A DNA stretch of 54,431 nucleotides, filler included, from Streblomastix strix (Eukaryota): the NCBI GenBank assembly GCA_008636045.1. It is 3 parts of 3 records of this genome, joined end to end, with 100 filler letters (N's around TTAATTAATTAA, not from the genome) between each part and the next. Parts side by side here need not be neighbours in the genome. Positions count along the whole stretch, not along the records: positions 18,179 to 36,256 come from SNRW01000641.1; positions 36,357 to 54,431 come from SNRW01000642.1; 1 more part is not named here. One strand, written 5' to 3'. Position numbers and translations under genes: made by a program. Within the stretch, counting starts at the first letter, position 1. Each line of letters starts with the position of its first letter. The notes under the pieces are model-generated. The model saw nothing but the letters and a program-made list of their open reading frames with translations, was not told the origin of the DNA and searched no databases. This document shows positions 25,411-38,092 of the stretch, in pieces.

Positions 25411-27096
25411 ATGACTAATTTATTGGTTGATTCTAACACAAATTTTTAAAATTTGGACAAAACTACCTCTCAACTTTTATTGCTTCCAGTTGATCTTCAT
25501 TCTTTACTTAAATAAATTCCTGAATAATAATCGCAAGATTTAATGCTCTAAAAAATTTAATAGATTAAATTTTAAACAAGATAAATTGAATTAAACAACA
25601 ATCAATTAGAAATAACTGAATAATTATGTTAAGAATTGCTTGTTCAAATCGGATTGCCAATTTCATAAGTTTAAAAAGAGCTTCTTGAACTTGTATATGA
25701 AATTGTTTAGATTGGTGCAGAATTATCTGATTGGTAAGAAGAGAACAAATTCTTCTAAGTTTTTTAAAGTTCTAAATTGCTAAATAAGATTGAAGATATT
25801 TTTATTGATAATTTTTAAAAAGATTAGAAAGTTAATTAAGAAAATATATATTCTCATTGCACTATTCTACTTGCTCAAATTATTTGCATTATCAACAAAT
25901 TCAAAGAAATCAAGAAAATTGGCAATTCACATTATATTGATGTTATTTTCTAACATATCAAGTAGTTTATCTGGAAAATTTAATAATAGCAGAGAAATTA
26001 ACAATAAAATGGAAACAACTCCGCAAATTTAAAAGAAATCGAAGACAATATATCCTCTGGATAAAGATCGTTAAAAGCTTTTCAAGGATTGGCTGAGCAT
26101 CATAATAATCAAAAATATTTTGTGACCAATCTCAAAATGCATGAATTAATATCTCCTCTTATTCTCGCCAACAATGCATATGAAAGTAATGATATTAAAT
26201 CCATCATGAGTCCAGAATAATAAGTCTATCAAATCTTGTAAGGTGTTGCATTAAAGGTCCTTTCGGAATTAGTAAAGGACATTCGGATTGCATAATAATA
26301 TCTTTTATAGAAACATTAAATATTCGAGCGCATATCATCAACAATCATCTAATTTGCATTTCTTTTATCTGAATAAATCAAATAAAATATCAAATAACAT
26401 TCAGCTTCTTCATAATCATCTTCAACTTCTTCATAATCATCTTCTTCTTAATCTTCTATTTAATAGGATAATTAATATTCTATTATTCAATCTAGCACTG
26501 AAGGATGTCTTACACTTCTATAGTCATTTGTGTTCGATAATTAGTATTTCAGTCAACACACTGCGCAAATTCCACAACTTATAGGATCTCTAATAACTCT
26601 TACTAAGTTTAATAGAGATCACAATTAGATTGAGAACTATTAATAAAGCAAACATACCGCAATAATTAGAGAGTGTTGCATTTCTATTCTGTATTGGATC
26701 TGGTACTATAGTGATTCAAGTTCAAAGGAAAAATTGATAAATGAATATAAATTCGCTTAGAAGTTAATTGAAGGCTTATCAATTGGAGGCGGAATTGGAG
26801 AAAATAACAGTAATGTGATTAGAATATCATTGTTTATCATACACAATATAATCAACAACTTGACTGATAAAACACAAAACCAAATTCACTTCCAAAGAGA
26901 ATAACCTTTGAGCGTTCAATAGTAAATTGAAGAAGAAGGAGGAAATGAAGAGGTCAGTGCGCATTTATATCATTTCTCTGGAATGAGGGGTGATTAAATA
27001 TAATTTTGGGCCGAATAAACAATTACAGAAGTGAATAATATATTCAGAGATAAGAGTAATATAATTGAGTAAGAGGAAGAAGAAGAAGATTGGTGA
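25411..27096 (+). CDS. Divergent long member of the QIEEEGxNEE helical family (~560 aa)
   Basis: ATG 25411 and TGA 27094-27096 are in the same frame. Motifs QIPQLIGSL, RECCISIL, LSIGGGIGE, QQIEEEGGNEEVSAHL; a poly-Ser tract lies near 26400. Confidence 0.7.
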
Positions 27097-27734
27097 TTAT
27101 ATTTGAGTTTAAAACTAAATATTATAAAAATTGAAAAGATGAAGAAATTAATGAGTTAATTTACAATTGATAACGATTTCTTAAATATTTTGTCTTATTT
27201 TATATTTGTCTTATTTATTATTTAAATGAAACAAGTATATTTGCACATCAATATATAACTATAATATATTAAGCTCCAAATCAATATTTTCAATTTATTT
27301 ACCATTTTTATAATAATAATAATAATAATTGGTTGAAATAGAATTCAATTAACATTATTGGAAAGATTAATAAATTTCACATTTAATTTTATTTTATTTT
27401 ATAAAAGTTAATATAATCAACATCATAAATATCTTTCCCTGTTCAATTATTCCATTAAGAACAGACTTTACTAGGATCTTTAATGATTTATAAAAATTTA
27501 AATTATTTCTTGGTTGTTTGATAATTATTTTATAATAAATGTATTTCAAATAGCAAATTGAACAGATTTTCAAAAAAATGATTTCCAAAAAGTTATATCA
27601 ATTATTTGAAGTATAAGCACATCAAAAAAGTATCAAATCAAGTAATAATCATTTTAAAGAGATTGTATATTGTGCGATAGAACTAGTGAAAGTGTGAAAA
27701 TGACTAAAAACCGAATATCCAAAACTGGTCATAT

Positions 27735-28412
27735 TCAGTTATTGTGAATGAAACGGTTCAGCGTAGCTGCTTTTGCTTCATTTGCCTCACGCTAGAAATG
27801 ACTATAAGTTTTCATTTAAGCTTCTATTTCTTCGATTGCTCCTTCTTCTACTAGATGTTCTTATGTCCTTCGAGCAAGTAATGTAAGTGGTTGGAAGGAC
27901 GGTTACCTATAATTATTTCTCCCAATATGTAGTTCTCTGAGGAACCTGGAGATGAAATTCACTCCTTAAAAGATCTCCTCACCTCGTTCTTCGCCTTTGC
28001 CTCCAGCTGTACTAATTACGATGGACATCGCTCTTCCATATTCAAGATTAACAAGCTCTGATTGGACTTATTCATCTCCTTTGTATTGAAAATACCAAAG
28101 ACAACGTCTACTCCAATGTCTGACTTTTATTCTCTATCTATCTACATCTAAATCAATGTGAGTACCGATTTTGTATAATGAAAGTGCTGAGAGTGATTGA
28201 AGAAGCTTCGGAATCTTAATCACTTACATGCTCATATTATAATATTCGATTTGATCCATAAGGTATAGAAGATACGATGTAACTTTAGTAGGATAAGGTG
28301 TAGATTCTGTTTCTGATTATTCATTTTCTTTTCTTTGCTTGTTTTATATGTATGAATCAGTAAATGATATAATGGCATTCGCCGCATTTTAGATTTTTTA
28401 TTCGGATTCCAT
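27735..28412 (-). CDS. Short member of the QIEEEGxNEE helical family (225 aa)
   Basis: Intronless: MESEQKIQNAANAIISFTDS...IKIPKLLQSLS...YGRAMSIVISTAGGKGEE...SFQPL.LLARR...EEGAIEEIEAQ...LNRFIHNN-TGA. Confidence 0.8.
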
Positions 28413-29499
28413 TTTATACTGATTTTTTTATAATAAAGAAAAAAAATCGAATAAATAATTAAAGAAAAATATAAAAGAAAGAATAAAAAGAAGGATATTA
28501 GGTCTGCAACATATACGGGAATGGTGGAAAAATGCGTTTTTTAAGGAAAATATTTATTCTTTATGTTGGAAAGAGATCTTTATATATATGATGTGATTTA
28601 TAAAAAATTAAGTGCCTTATCTATTGAAGTTGAATAAAAAAATTGTTAATGTAATATTTTATTATTTCAAACATAAGCGAGAAGTGATGTTTTAAAAAAA
28701 AATTAAACTATTAGTTAAGAAATAACTATAATTAGAAATAAGTAGATTTTTTGAAAGAAAGTTATAAATTTTAAATGTTATAGTTGGAATATATCTATTT
28801 AGTGTATTGTTTTGTTGCTCAACCGCTTTTTGAAGAATTATAAACTTGCATCATATGACAACTTTTATAATAATATTGATTGTATTATATGATAAAATTT
28901 ATAAAATTGTTATTGAAAAACAACTATTGTAGAAAATTTATAATGAGCATATTGGTAGAATTGCGTTCCATACATGGAATTTATAATATTTTAAGTTCTT
29001 GTCTTAGATTTCAAACGCAATAATTTTTTATTTTAATATCTATAATTCTATATATTTCAAAACTTATCTACATTTTAATATTTATTGCTGTTTCATTATT
29101 AATAAAAGAAATTTTTGTCTATATTGTTATTTTTATAATTAATTTTATTGAAACTATTATTTTGTTTAGTATATAATTTATATTCTATCCCTACAACTAA
29201 TTTACATTCTAGTTTATATACAATTAATAATTTTCTGATTGTTCTTATTATTAATTGTAATTGTACTATCCAAATTTCATTTCATTCTTGGTTTTATTTT
29301 ATAATGATTAATAATATATTTATAGTTGTTGTAAATATAATTATTTGTAGATTAATTGTTATTTTTATTAACTGATTGCATTTAATTTTTTCAATGTTAG
29401 TTATATAGAATATAATAAATATATGACGATTATGTTTGCAATAACTAAGGTAGAAGATAGAATTATATTTATTATTAAGGTTAATATTGAATTTAATTT

Positions 29500-31380
29500 T
29501 ATTTCAATTTTCTACAAAGGTTATTATTATTATTAATATATGTTTAATGATTAACTACATTAGATTAGAATTACAATATTTTCTATTATTATAATGAAGA
29601 AAATGATAAATTAAATATCTGTATAATAAATGATTATGATATTGTGATTATGAAGTCTGTAATAAATGTTAATGAATATATGTTGATAACGGAAGATGTT
29701 GATGTCTATATAAGGAATTGAGTTCATTGGGTTAATTAGATGAAGTGGATGAATGTTATCATTAATTGGGTTTAGTTAGATTGGAATATTGTTTATTTTA
29801 TGATGAAGTTTGAGAATTCACTTTATTCAAAGAATTATTATTTATTTTAGATCAAGATGATGATATTTCTGAAGATGATATATTATATTATGATTGAATA
29901 GACTTCAGTAATAAAGGAGGATTAGTTTAAGGTGAAGTCGAAGAAGTAAATGATGTTGATGATATCTAACTTGGAATATATGCATTCAGAGATGTAGATA
30001 GTTAGATCAGTAGTACTGGATCATGGATATATAAGTTAGTGAAGTTCAAACAAATAATATAGAAGATAGCATTTCTTTATTATGTTAATTCTATTTTTTG
30101 TTGATTATTGTCTAAATTGATCTGTTTGAATGAAATAATATATGAGCATTCAGTTGTATTTGATGGAGAAATATTTGATTGATATGATGAAAAGAAGGAA
30201 TTATTTCAGTTGATGTTTGTGACTTCAGATAAAAGAAAAATTGCTGATTCTAATTAAATTGAGATTTCGAATCAATAATTTAGAATATTTCAATAAAAGT
30301 GTATTCATTTGAATGCAGATACTATTTCATATCAAATAGATTAAGACAATGTCAATACAGAAATAGTGTGAATCTGATCCATCATCGCTGCTGATCGACA
30401 AAATTCATTTGGAATGTGAAGCTGAATGTGTAGGCGAATTTGAAGGTCGAATTTATAATGGAAAAAGTCTGAGATGATTCATGAGTGAGTGGAGATGTGA
30501 TATTTGACTGTGAAAGAGATGTTGTTGATTAATGGGAATGTAGGAAGTTCTGCTTCATTGATTCGGAGTAATTGAGCGATGATGGAGATTAGCTGTGATT
30601 TTGGATGTTACTTTTGATTTGGCTTTGATTTGAACTCTGGATATAACTTGAGCTTTAGTTCTAACTATGGATTTAGATATGAATCATTTGTAGCAAGAGA
30701 TGCTTTGTTATTTTCAGATGATGATTAAAAAAGATAATGATGATAAAGATGTAGATAATGAAGATTAAGTAGAATTCATTATTAATATTTCATATAATTA
30801 TTATTATAAATTCTTATTTTATTTATTTATTATTATTTATATGTATTTAATTATAGTTATTGAAATAGACTCATATTCAACATTTAATCATTGTTCTTCA
30901 TTTGTAAATTATATCATAAAAATTTCATCTTCAGCAAAATTGTTGTACAAATTGATGTTGAACTGGGTTGCATATGGTATATCGATGATCATAAACTATA
31001 TTTTTAGAGGAATCTTAATTCTAATTATTTATATCGATTTATATATTGGAATTTAATAATAAAATTATAATTAAATAACAAAAAAAATATATAGAATATA
31101 AATAAATTAATACTAGTAATGAATTCTAAATCAGAATCGTATCAACGAATCTATTCTCCTGGTAGTATACAATGCATTTGAACTCAATATCATGATAATA
31201 ACAGCACTTAAGCACATCAGTAATACAAAAGACACCAGAAGCTGGAATATTGTCAATTATTGCTCTTTCCGTTTCAAGTTCAAATTGAGAATTACCGACT
31301 GCAATATAACAAATATATGTTGATGTTAATTCTTGATCGTTGTTCGATAGGTTGAGAGAATTGATATAGGCGATTTTTCT
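29500..31380 (-). pseudogene. Degenerate multi-exon gene remnant of unknown function (Ser/Thr-rich 3' part)
   Basis: Exon-like blocks (KIAYINSLNLSNNDQELTSTYICY...; IPLKIQFMIIDIPYATQFNINL...; LNFTNLYIHDPVLLIQLS...) separated by AT-rich stretches, with in-frame TGA. Boundaries are approximate. Confidence 0.35.
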
Positions 31381-31978
31381 ATTGAAATAAAAGAGAAATA
31401 AAAAGATAAATATATTGAGTAACAAAATATGAATAAATTATTAATTTAAATATAAAAATTGTATCAAAAATAATATTTTATGAAAATATTAACAAATAAA
31501 TAAAATAAGACTATTAGTATATAGAAATATAGCAGCTTTTATGAAAAAAAAATTAAAAAATAAAGAATAAACAATAGTTTATTATTTAGATTGTTGTTGT
31601 AATATAATAAATTAATATGTGAATTTGGTCAATATATTATATTTATTATAAATTAATAAAATCGTAAGAAATTAGAGAGATATTTAGCTTTGCAATTTTC
31701 TTGACAGTAGTAAATTATAAATATATAAAATTATATAAAATTTAACCAAGTATTTATATATCATGACATTATACAATTACAAGCATTATTTAGATTTTTG
31801 TGGAATGTGCAGATGCGAAATTAAAAATAAAATCTTTCAAAAATATTGGATTATTATAATTGAATATTTATAATAAAATTTAGTGTATAAAAAACAGATA
31901 CTACTAATTAGTATGAAATGAATAAATGTTGTTCAAAAATAAAAAATAGAAAAAACTGAACATTTAAAATGGCTGTGT

Positions 31979-32665
31979 TCAGCCTCTGTGAATGAAATGG
32001 TTTAGTATTGTTGCTTTAGCCTCGTTTGTCCAATACATGATACCACTATAATATCCTTTATTATTCATTTACGCTTCTAATTCTTCAATTGCTCCTTATT
32101 CTTCTATTTGCTCTTCTGTCCTTCTAGCAAGTAACGGAAGAGGTTGGAAGGATGGTTACCATCTATTATTTCTACCTTCATGAATATCTCTGAGGAACCT
32201 GGTGATGCGATTCAATCCACTGTATATCTCCTTATCATGTTCCTCGCCAATGCCTCCAGCTGTGCAGAATGCAATAGAAGTCATTCTTCCATATCCAACA
32301 TTGACAAGTTCTGTTTGATCTTATTCATCACAATATTCTTGAATATATCTAAGACAATCTCTACTCCAACTTCTCACTTTCAATCTCAACAGATCTGTTT
32401 ATTCCCTTAAGTGAGTCCCTACCTTGTATCTGGAAAGTGAAATGAGTGATTGTAGTAGCTTCGGAATCCGAATTACTTATTTGCATGATTTTTTATTCCG
32501 GATTTGTCTCCAAAGTTATTCTAAACTGGAAGTAACTTAAGTAAGTGAGAGTGTTGACTCTGATTCCTATTATTCATTTTATTTTCTTTATTTGTTTTAT
32601 GTATATGAATCAGTGAAGGAAATTATGGTTTTTGCAACATCTTGGATTGATTATTTAGACTGCAT
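31979..32665 (-). CDS. Short member of the QIEEEGxNEE helical family (228 aa), close paralog of 27735-28412
   Basis: MQSKQSIQDVAKTIISFTDS...IRIPKLLQSL...YGRMTSIAFCTAGGIGEE...SFQPLPLLARRTEEQIEEQGAIEELEAQ...LNHFIHRG-TGA. Confidence 0.8.
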
Positions 32666-33439
32666 TTTATTCTGATTATATAATAAAAGAAATAGAATAT
32701 TAAATAGGAAAACTGATAATAATTAGAGAATAAATATGAAAAAATATCTAATAAATTGTTAGAAATTAATATCGAATGAAAAAAATCGGATTAATTATAT
32801 TTCAAAGTAGGCATTTGCATGTTTTAAAGAAGTGTTTGGTTATTTATAAAGTTTGAATGACACTTTTAAGTTTATGTGCGGGAGTAAGATGATAGTTATT
32901 GTCAATTTAAGGATAATGAAATCAATAATATAATGATTAATGAGCATTAAACGATGTTAGCTAGGAAAACAACCGAATAAATAGAGTTGAAATACTTTCG
33001 ACGTTTAAAAAAATACAGTGGATTAGTGAATAAATAAATTGGCCTGCAAATAATAAAAAATAAAAATTAATATACCATGTTGCACTTTTGCAATATTATA
33101 GATATTTAGTTATCTTTCTTTGATAAAAATCTGCGGTTTTTCGATACAATTTTTTTGATTGTGTTATAGAGTGAAAATTAACTATTATTATGCTTTTTAT
33201 ATTATATTTTGGGATTAATTCTGATTTATTTCGAACAATTTTGTACTCTAAAGAGATATTATAACTCGTTTCTTTAATTATTTGCGAGTGAAAAATCGGG
33301 CCTTTCTTTTAATTTAGATTAAGAAAATTATATATTTTAAAATTTTTATGCTGCTTTAATTTTACATATTCATTTTAATTATTTTTGGAAATATTAATCT
33401 TTTATTCTTCATTTATTTATAGTTACAAAAAAATAATTA

Positions 33440-36256
33440 ATTGAAACTTTGATAAGAAAAACTTCTTCTGTTGTCCAACACTAGCAACTTTTTTTCTTCT
33501 AGCTTTGTGTAGAAGTAGGAAATTACATCAAAGATAAAGTAACATTAAAAAGAATCAATTTGTAAGGGATTATTTCAGAAACATTTGTAAGAAGATTCAA
33601 TGCATTATGAGTTTGTTTGTTGTTTTAGTTTTCAATTTCTATTTTTATTAATTATTATTAAGTAGATGAAGATTAATATTAAAATTATTATTATTAATAT
33701 TTTATTATTAAGTATTTAATTCAGATGTAGCTTCAGCAAGAGCTAATGTTGCTGATGTCACTCTATAAAGTCCAATAATCAATCTTGATACAGTTGCATA
33801 TTGTAATCTCATTGATGAGAGTTATGGGAAGAAATATATTGGAACTTCTTCTAATGGAGTTGCAAATAGAAGATGTGATAATGATGGGAGAAGTTATTGT
33901 GTTATTTATTATGTTTATTATGTTTGTTTATAAATGGAATAATTCAATTGATTATTTGATATTGATCAATTTAGATGATTTATCTTTTTATTTTTCTTAT
34001 TCTTTCTTATTCTTCTTTTCAATATCTTTTATTTCTCATTCAAATTCTTCTTCAATTTAATTATCTCTTTTATAAACAACATCTCTCAAAATCATTCTTT
34101 CTTCTTATTTAACAGCAGAATTCGTCAATTCAATGATTTCAGAGTTGTTTATAGCAGATGCAGCTGATGTGAATGCTTGTTGTGCTCGAACTGAGACAAG
34201 CGTCTGTTGAATGGCTAACGTGAACTGAATGTGTCGAAGATCGATGTTTGATTGTGTAATATTGGATGTTAATTGAGATCATGTTGATTATTGTTAAGAT
34301 GTATATTATTATGATTATTGAGTTGTTGCTAAAACTGATTTTTAGTCATTAACAAGATTGCAACATCGAAAAAGGAGTGTGAATGTACAAATATAGGCTA
34401 AAGCTATGATTCAAAGAAAACAGTTTTAAATATATTATACATAATTAAACCATAACAATAAAAATGAATACAAATAAAGTATTATAAATGTATATTAAAA
34501 ATAATAAAATATATTAACCTCTTTTATTTGCTTTTTCTTTATCTTTTGATTTCAGAATATCTTTTTTATTTTCTTTTTCTTTTTCATCTTTTTTCTTCTC
34601 TTTCGTCTTTGGTTTAACTAGTTATGGTGTCTGAATAAAAATGTTATTAAAAAATAAATAAATAGGAAACTATTATATATTTTTTATCATAATTATAATA
34701 CATATTAATAATTTCTAGATTAATGTTTTTATTTATGTTATTTACCTAATGTGCTAAATGCATTTTAGCCAAATAGAAACATCTGATTGCTCTGAAGAAA
34801 GGAATTAATGCAGCACAATTGGTCAGTGGTTGAATTCTAAGTGATGTAAAATGCTTTTTAGTTAATAACATTAAAATTAATAAGAAAAAATTAAATATAT
34901 TCTATTTTTTAAAAATATATATATATATATATTATAATTTATTTCATTTATCATTTTTTTCAAACTTTAATATCATCAAGTGCTTCATCTTGAATGATTT
35001 TTTCATCTTTCAAAATCTCAATTTATTTCAATTTCATAATAATCTTTTCCTTTTTCTTCACTTTAATGTGTTTAAGAAGACAAAAAAGTTGCTAATTTTG
35101 CTGAAATTTGAGCTAAAGACCATAAATACGAACCAAATAATCAATATTCACATCACGTTGCAGGACTACATCATTTCTCCAATTCTGTTGTGGTGTTGTA
35201 AGTTATTGTTATTATGAACTAAAGAACGGAGATTATTATTATGTTAATTATGATGATTATTGTTATTGTTATTAATTTTTATCTCCAGGTTCTTTTTAAC
35301 CATCTTTTGTAACTCGCTTCAATTGGGGCGTGGCTGGAGATTAGTTTGTGAATAAAAATGAATAAATAAATTAAAATAAATAAACAAAATAAATAAATAA
35401 ATAAATAATCTAATATCCAATATTAATACCAATAATATCCTTCTTCTTATCTTTTCCTCTTCTTCTGGCTCTTCTTCCTTTCCCTTCTTTCTAGTCATCT
35501 TTATATTCATCATCTTCATCAGAATCTTTCTTATCTGATTCTTATTTCGCTTCTTTTTATTATAATTTAATTTCATTAGAATTCATTTCGATTCATTTTT
35601 ATTCAGTTTTCTCTTATTTTCCATCTTTTTCTTAATTTTCTTCATTTTCATCATCATTTTCTTTGTCTTTTTCTTTTTATCCAATAATTGTTTTTTTTTT
35701 CTTTTTTTTTGGTTTTCAATTTCTTCCTATCTGAATGAATATGAACATAAATATAATAATAATATAATATAAATCAAACATTAAATAATAATATTATCAA
35801 ATAATTAAACCTTTTCTTAATTTAAGAAGATTTATTTGTAAATGTCTTTCTTCATCATGAGCATTAATTCTTTATTTTCTGAATTACAATAATAATAATA
35901 AATAAATAGATTATTATTATTATTATTATTATATTAATATATAATAAACCTAAATTCAGCAGCATCATGTTCAAGTTTGTCAGATAAATCATGTTTAAGT
36001 TCAATGAAATGAAAATTCTTAGTTTCAAAATCACGAAATTGTTAAATAATATAAAAATATAATTATAATATGTATAATAATATAATATCATAATAACTCA
36101 ACAATTATAATAATATATTCATTATCCATTTATAAACCAACATTCATACTTTCTTTCTAGCTTCATTCTGCAGATCCTCCAACTAATCCTTTAATTTTGT
36201 GTATTCACCACCAATTCCATCAGATTAAGCCTGAGCCATTTGAATTGCACGTCTGT
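33440..36256 (-). pseudogene. 3' part of a large multi-exon helical-protein gene, apparently degenerate (5' end off contig)
   Basis: GT-AG-bounded exons (RRAIQMAQAQSDGIGGEYTKLKDQLEDLQNEARKK; NFHFIELKHDLSDKLEHDAAEF; HFTSLRIQPLTNCAALIPFFRAIRCFYLAKMHL; DLRHIQFTLAIQQTLVSVRAQQAF). There are apparent frameshifts and TGA codons near 35100 and 34030. The family was not recognised. Confidence 0.45.
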
Positions 36257-36356
36257 NNNNNNNNNNNNNNNNNNNNNNNNNNNNNNNNNNNNNNNNNNNN
36301 TTAATTAATTAANNNNNNNNNNNNNNNNNNNNNNNNNNNNNNNNNNNNNNNNNNNN
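36257..36356. other. Artificial contig spacer (N-run, TTAATTAATTAA, N-run)
   Basis: 100-nt N block with the linker at 36301-36312. Confidence 0.98.
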
Positions 36357-36357
36357 T

Positions 36358-37299
36358 GTTCGTACATTTGATGGACTGGAATTGTTCAAAACGGCCGACT
36401 TAGGAAACTAAGGCGTGAGGCCAGAAACTGATTTGACGTAGATAGAAATATGGTCCCAATTCCTGAATTCGCTTCAAACGGCAAATATTTTTGGGTTTGG
36501 AAGCTACACCTTTGCATTAAAACCTGCTCCGTATGTCCTGAGAATAATAAATGAGTCAGTGATAGATCAATAATATTTCTAATCTATTAAATACTTCTTC
36601 TCGTTCACAACGCATGGCTCAATATAATCGAAAGCTATTGATAAGATAGCTGAGCACATGAACAAACGTCTGAACAATGCAAAATTCCTTGGTAAAATAG
36701 ATTTCCACTGTCCGGAGAATTACCCGCCATTGTTGCCAAAGATTGGCGAGTAAGATAAATGGGACAACAATGAAATTGTGAGACTGAGATCATTTGAAGA
36801 TGATTTAATAAAGAGAATTTACGATCCGGATTTCAAAGGAGAGAAATTCGCAGTAAGCAATAAAGATTTGACAGTTACTTAGAAAGAGAAGTACTTATCA
36901 TATGGAACAGTGTAGGTAGATTGTAATGTCTGCGTGAAATGCGGTGTTTGCGAAAGGAACTGTCCTTATAATGCAATCAAACTTAAAGATTATAAAGATG
37001 GAGTGCTAATTGATAATATCAATGATTATGATGCTGGAGCTGAAGGAGTTGTTAAAATACCGACAGTTGATCAAGAAAGATGCCAATTGTGTGCGAGATG
37101 TTTCAACAAGTGCCCAAAACATGCGATAAATTTTGTGAAGTACCATACGCATCTTCGAAGTTAGTACAAAGGTCCAGAACTCAAGTTCAATAGGGTATCT
37201 GAAGATGAATAGGAAAGAATTGATATTCATGGAGAGTAACCTGTTGAATTTGGCAAACTTCCTTGGTTACCAAGTCTTATGTGGAGAAATTTTATATGA
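36358..37299 (+). CDS. EFR1-type flavodoxin-like / 2x[4Fe-4S] ferredoxin fusion protein (5' truncated)
   Basis: Open frame with TAR=Gln. Flavodoxin-like motifs IFGFGSYTFALKP, FFSFTTHG and FHCPENYPP are followed by CVKCGVCERNCPYNAI and CQLCARCFNKCPKHAI (two CxxCxxCxxxCP). Stop TGA at 37297-37299. Confidence 0.8.
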
Positions 37300-37439
37300 T
37301 AGAGAAATAATGAAATAATTTAAATTAGTAAGCAGATATGATAAAGAAAAAACTATTAATTGATTGAAAGATGAAATTAGCTGAATAACTTATGTTTTTA
37401 TAATGTAATTGTTTCTAATTTTTTTCATTAGAATTGAAT

Positions 37440-37630
37440 AACTACACTAATACTAGTTTTTTTTTAATTTAAGAGAGATTTATTCTTTATTTCTCAACCT
37501 CATTACCTACTTCTCACATCAATATTCTTAATCTATTCCTATATTCTTATTTATTCAATACTTTTTTATTTTCAAATTGCCAACGATTTAATAAATTATT
37601 TATTACTAATAAATTAAACTTTATTTTATT
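37440..37630 (+). repeat. Copy 1 of a ~190-bp diverged non-coding direct repeat
   Basis: Shares actacac..., gagattta(t/c)t, ctacttctcacatcaata and aataaattatttattactaataaatta with 40855-41045. Confidence 0.8.
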
Positions 37631-38092
37631 AAAATTAATTTAAATTTTTTTAATTAAATATTTTATGAGATCATAAATGGAATAGAAAAGAGTGGTTGAA
37701 GCTGGGTAAAAAAAATTAGTAAAAACTAACATATATAGTACAGTAACAAAAACAATGGAGATACAATCTTTGCGTGGTGATAATACTTTATAGATTATTA
37801 GCTCGTTTAGAGGTTAAAACTAGTCATCCAGTGAGGTTTGATGAAAATTTAAATTTTTTTTCATTTATTCGTATAAGAATGTACTTTTTTTAATTAAATA
37901 TTAATTTATTTACTTTAAATATTATTTTTTATATTATTTAAATCACATTTAAATTAATTTGTTTGAAATTGATCAAATATCTTGGAAAATGTTAATTTTT
38001 TTTTAATTTGCCTGCCCACAAAGCGTTCACAAAAATAAAACTTATTTATTATTATTATTATCTTTTATTATCTTTTATTGTATATTTAATAA

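Noticed and set aside
34980..35180. Several TGA codons suggesting TGA reassignment in the minus-strand gene remnant
   Set aside because: Another frame (NWRNDVVLQRDVNIDYLVRIY) is open over most of this stretch; the TGAs are best explained as off-frame reading in a frameshifted remnant.
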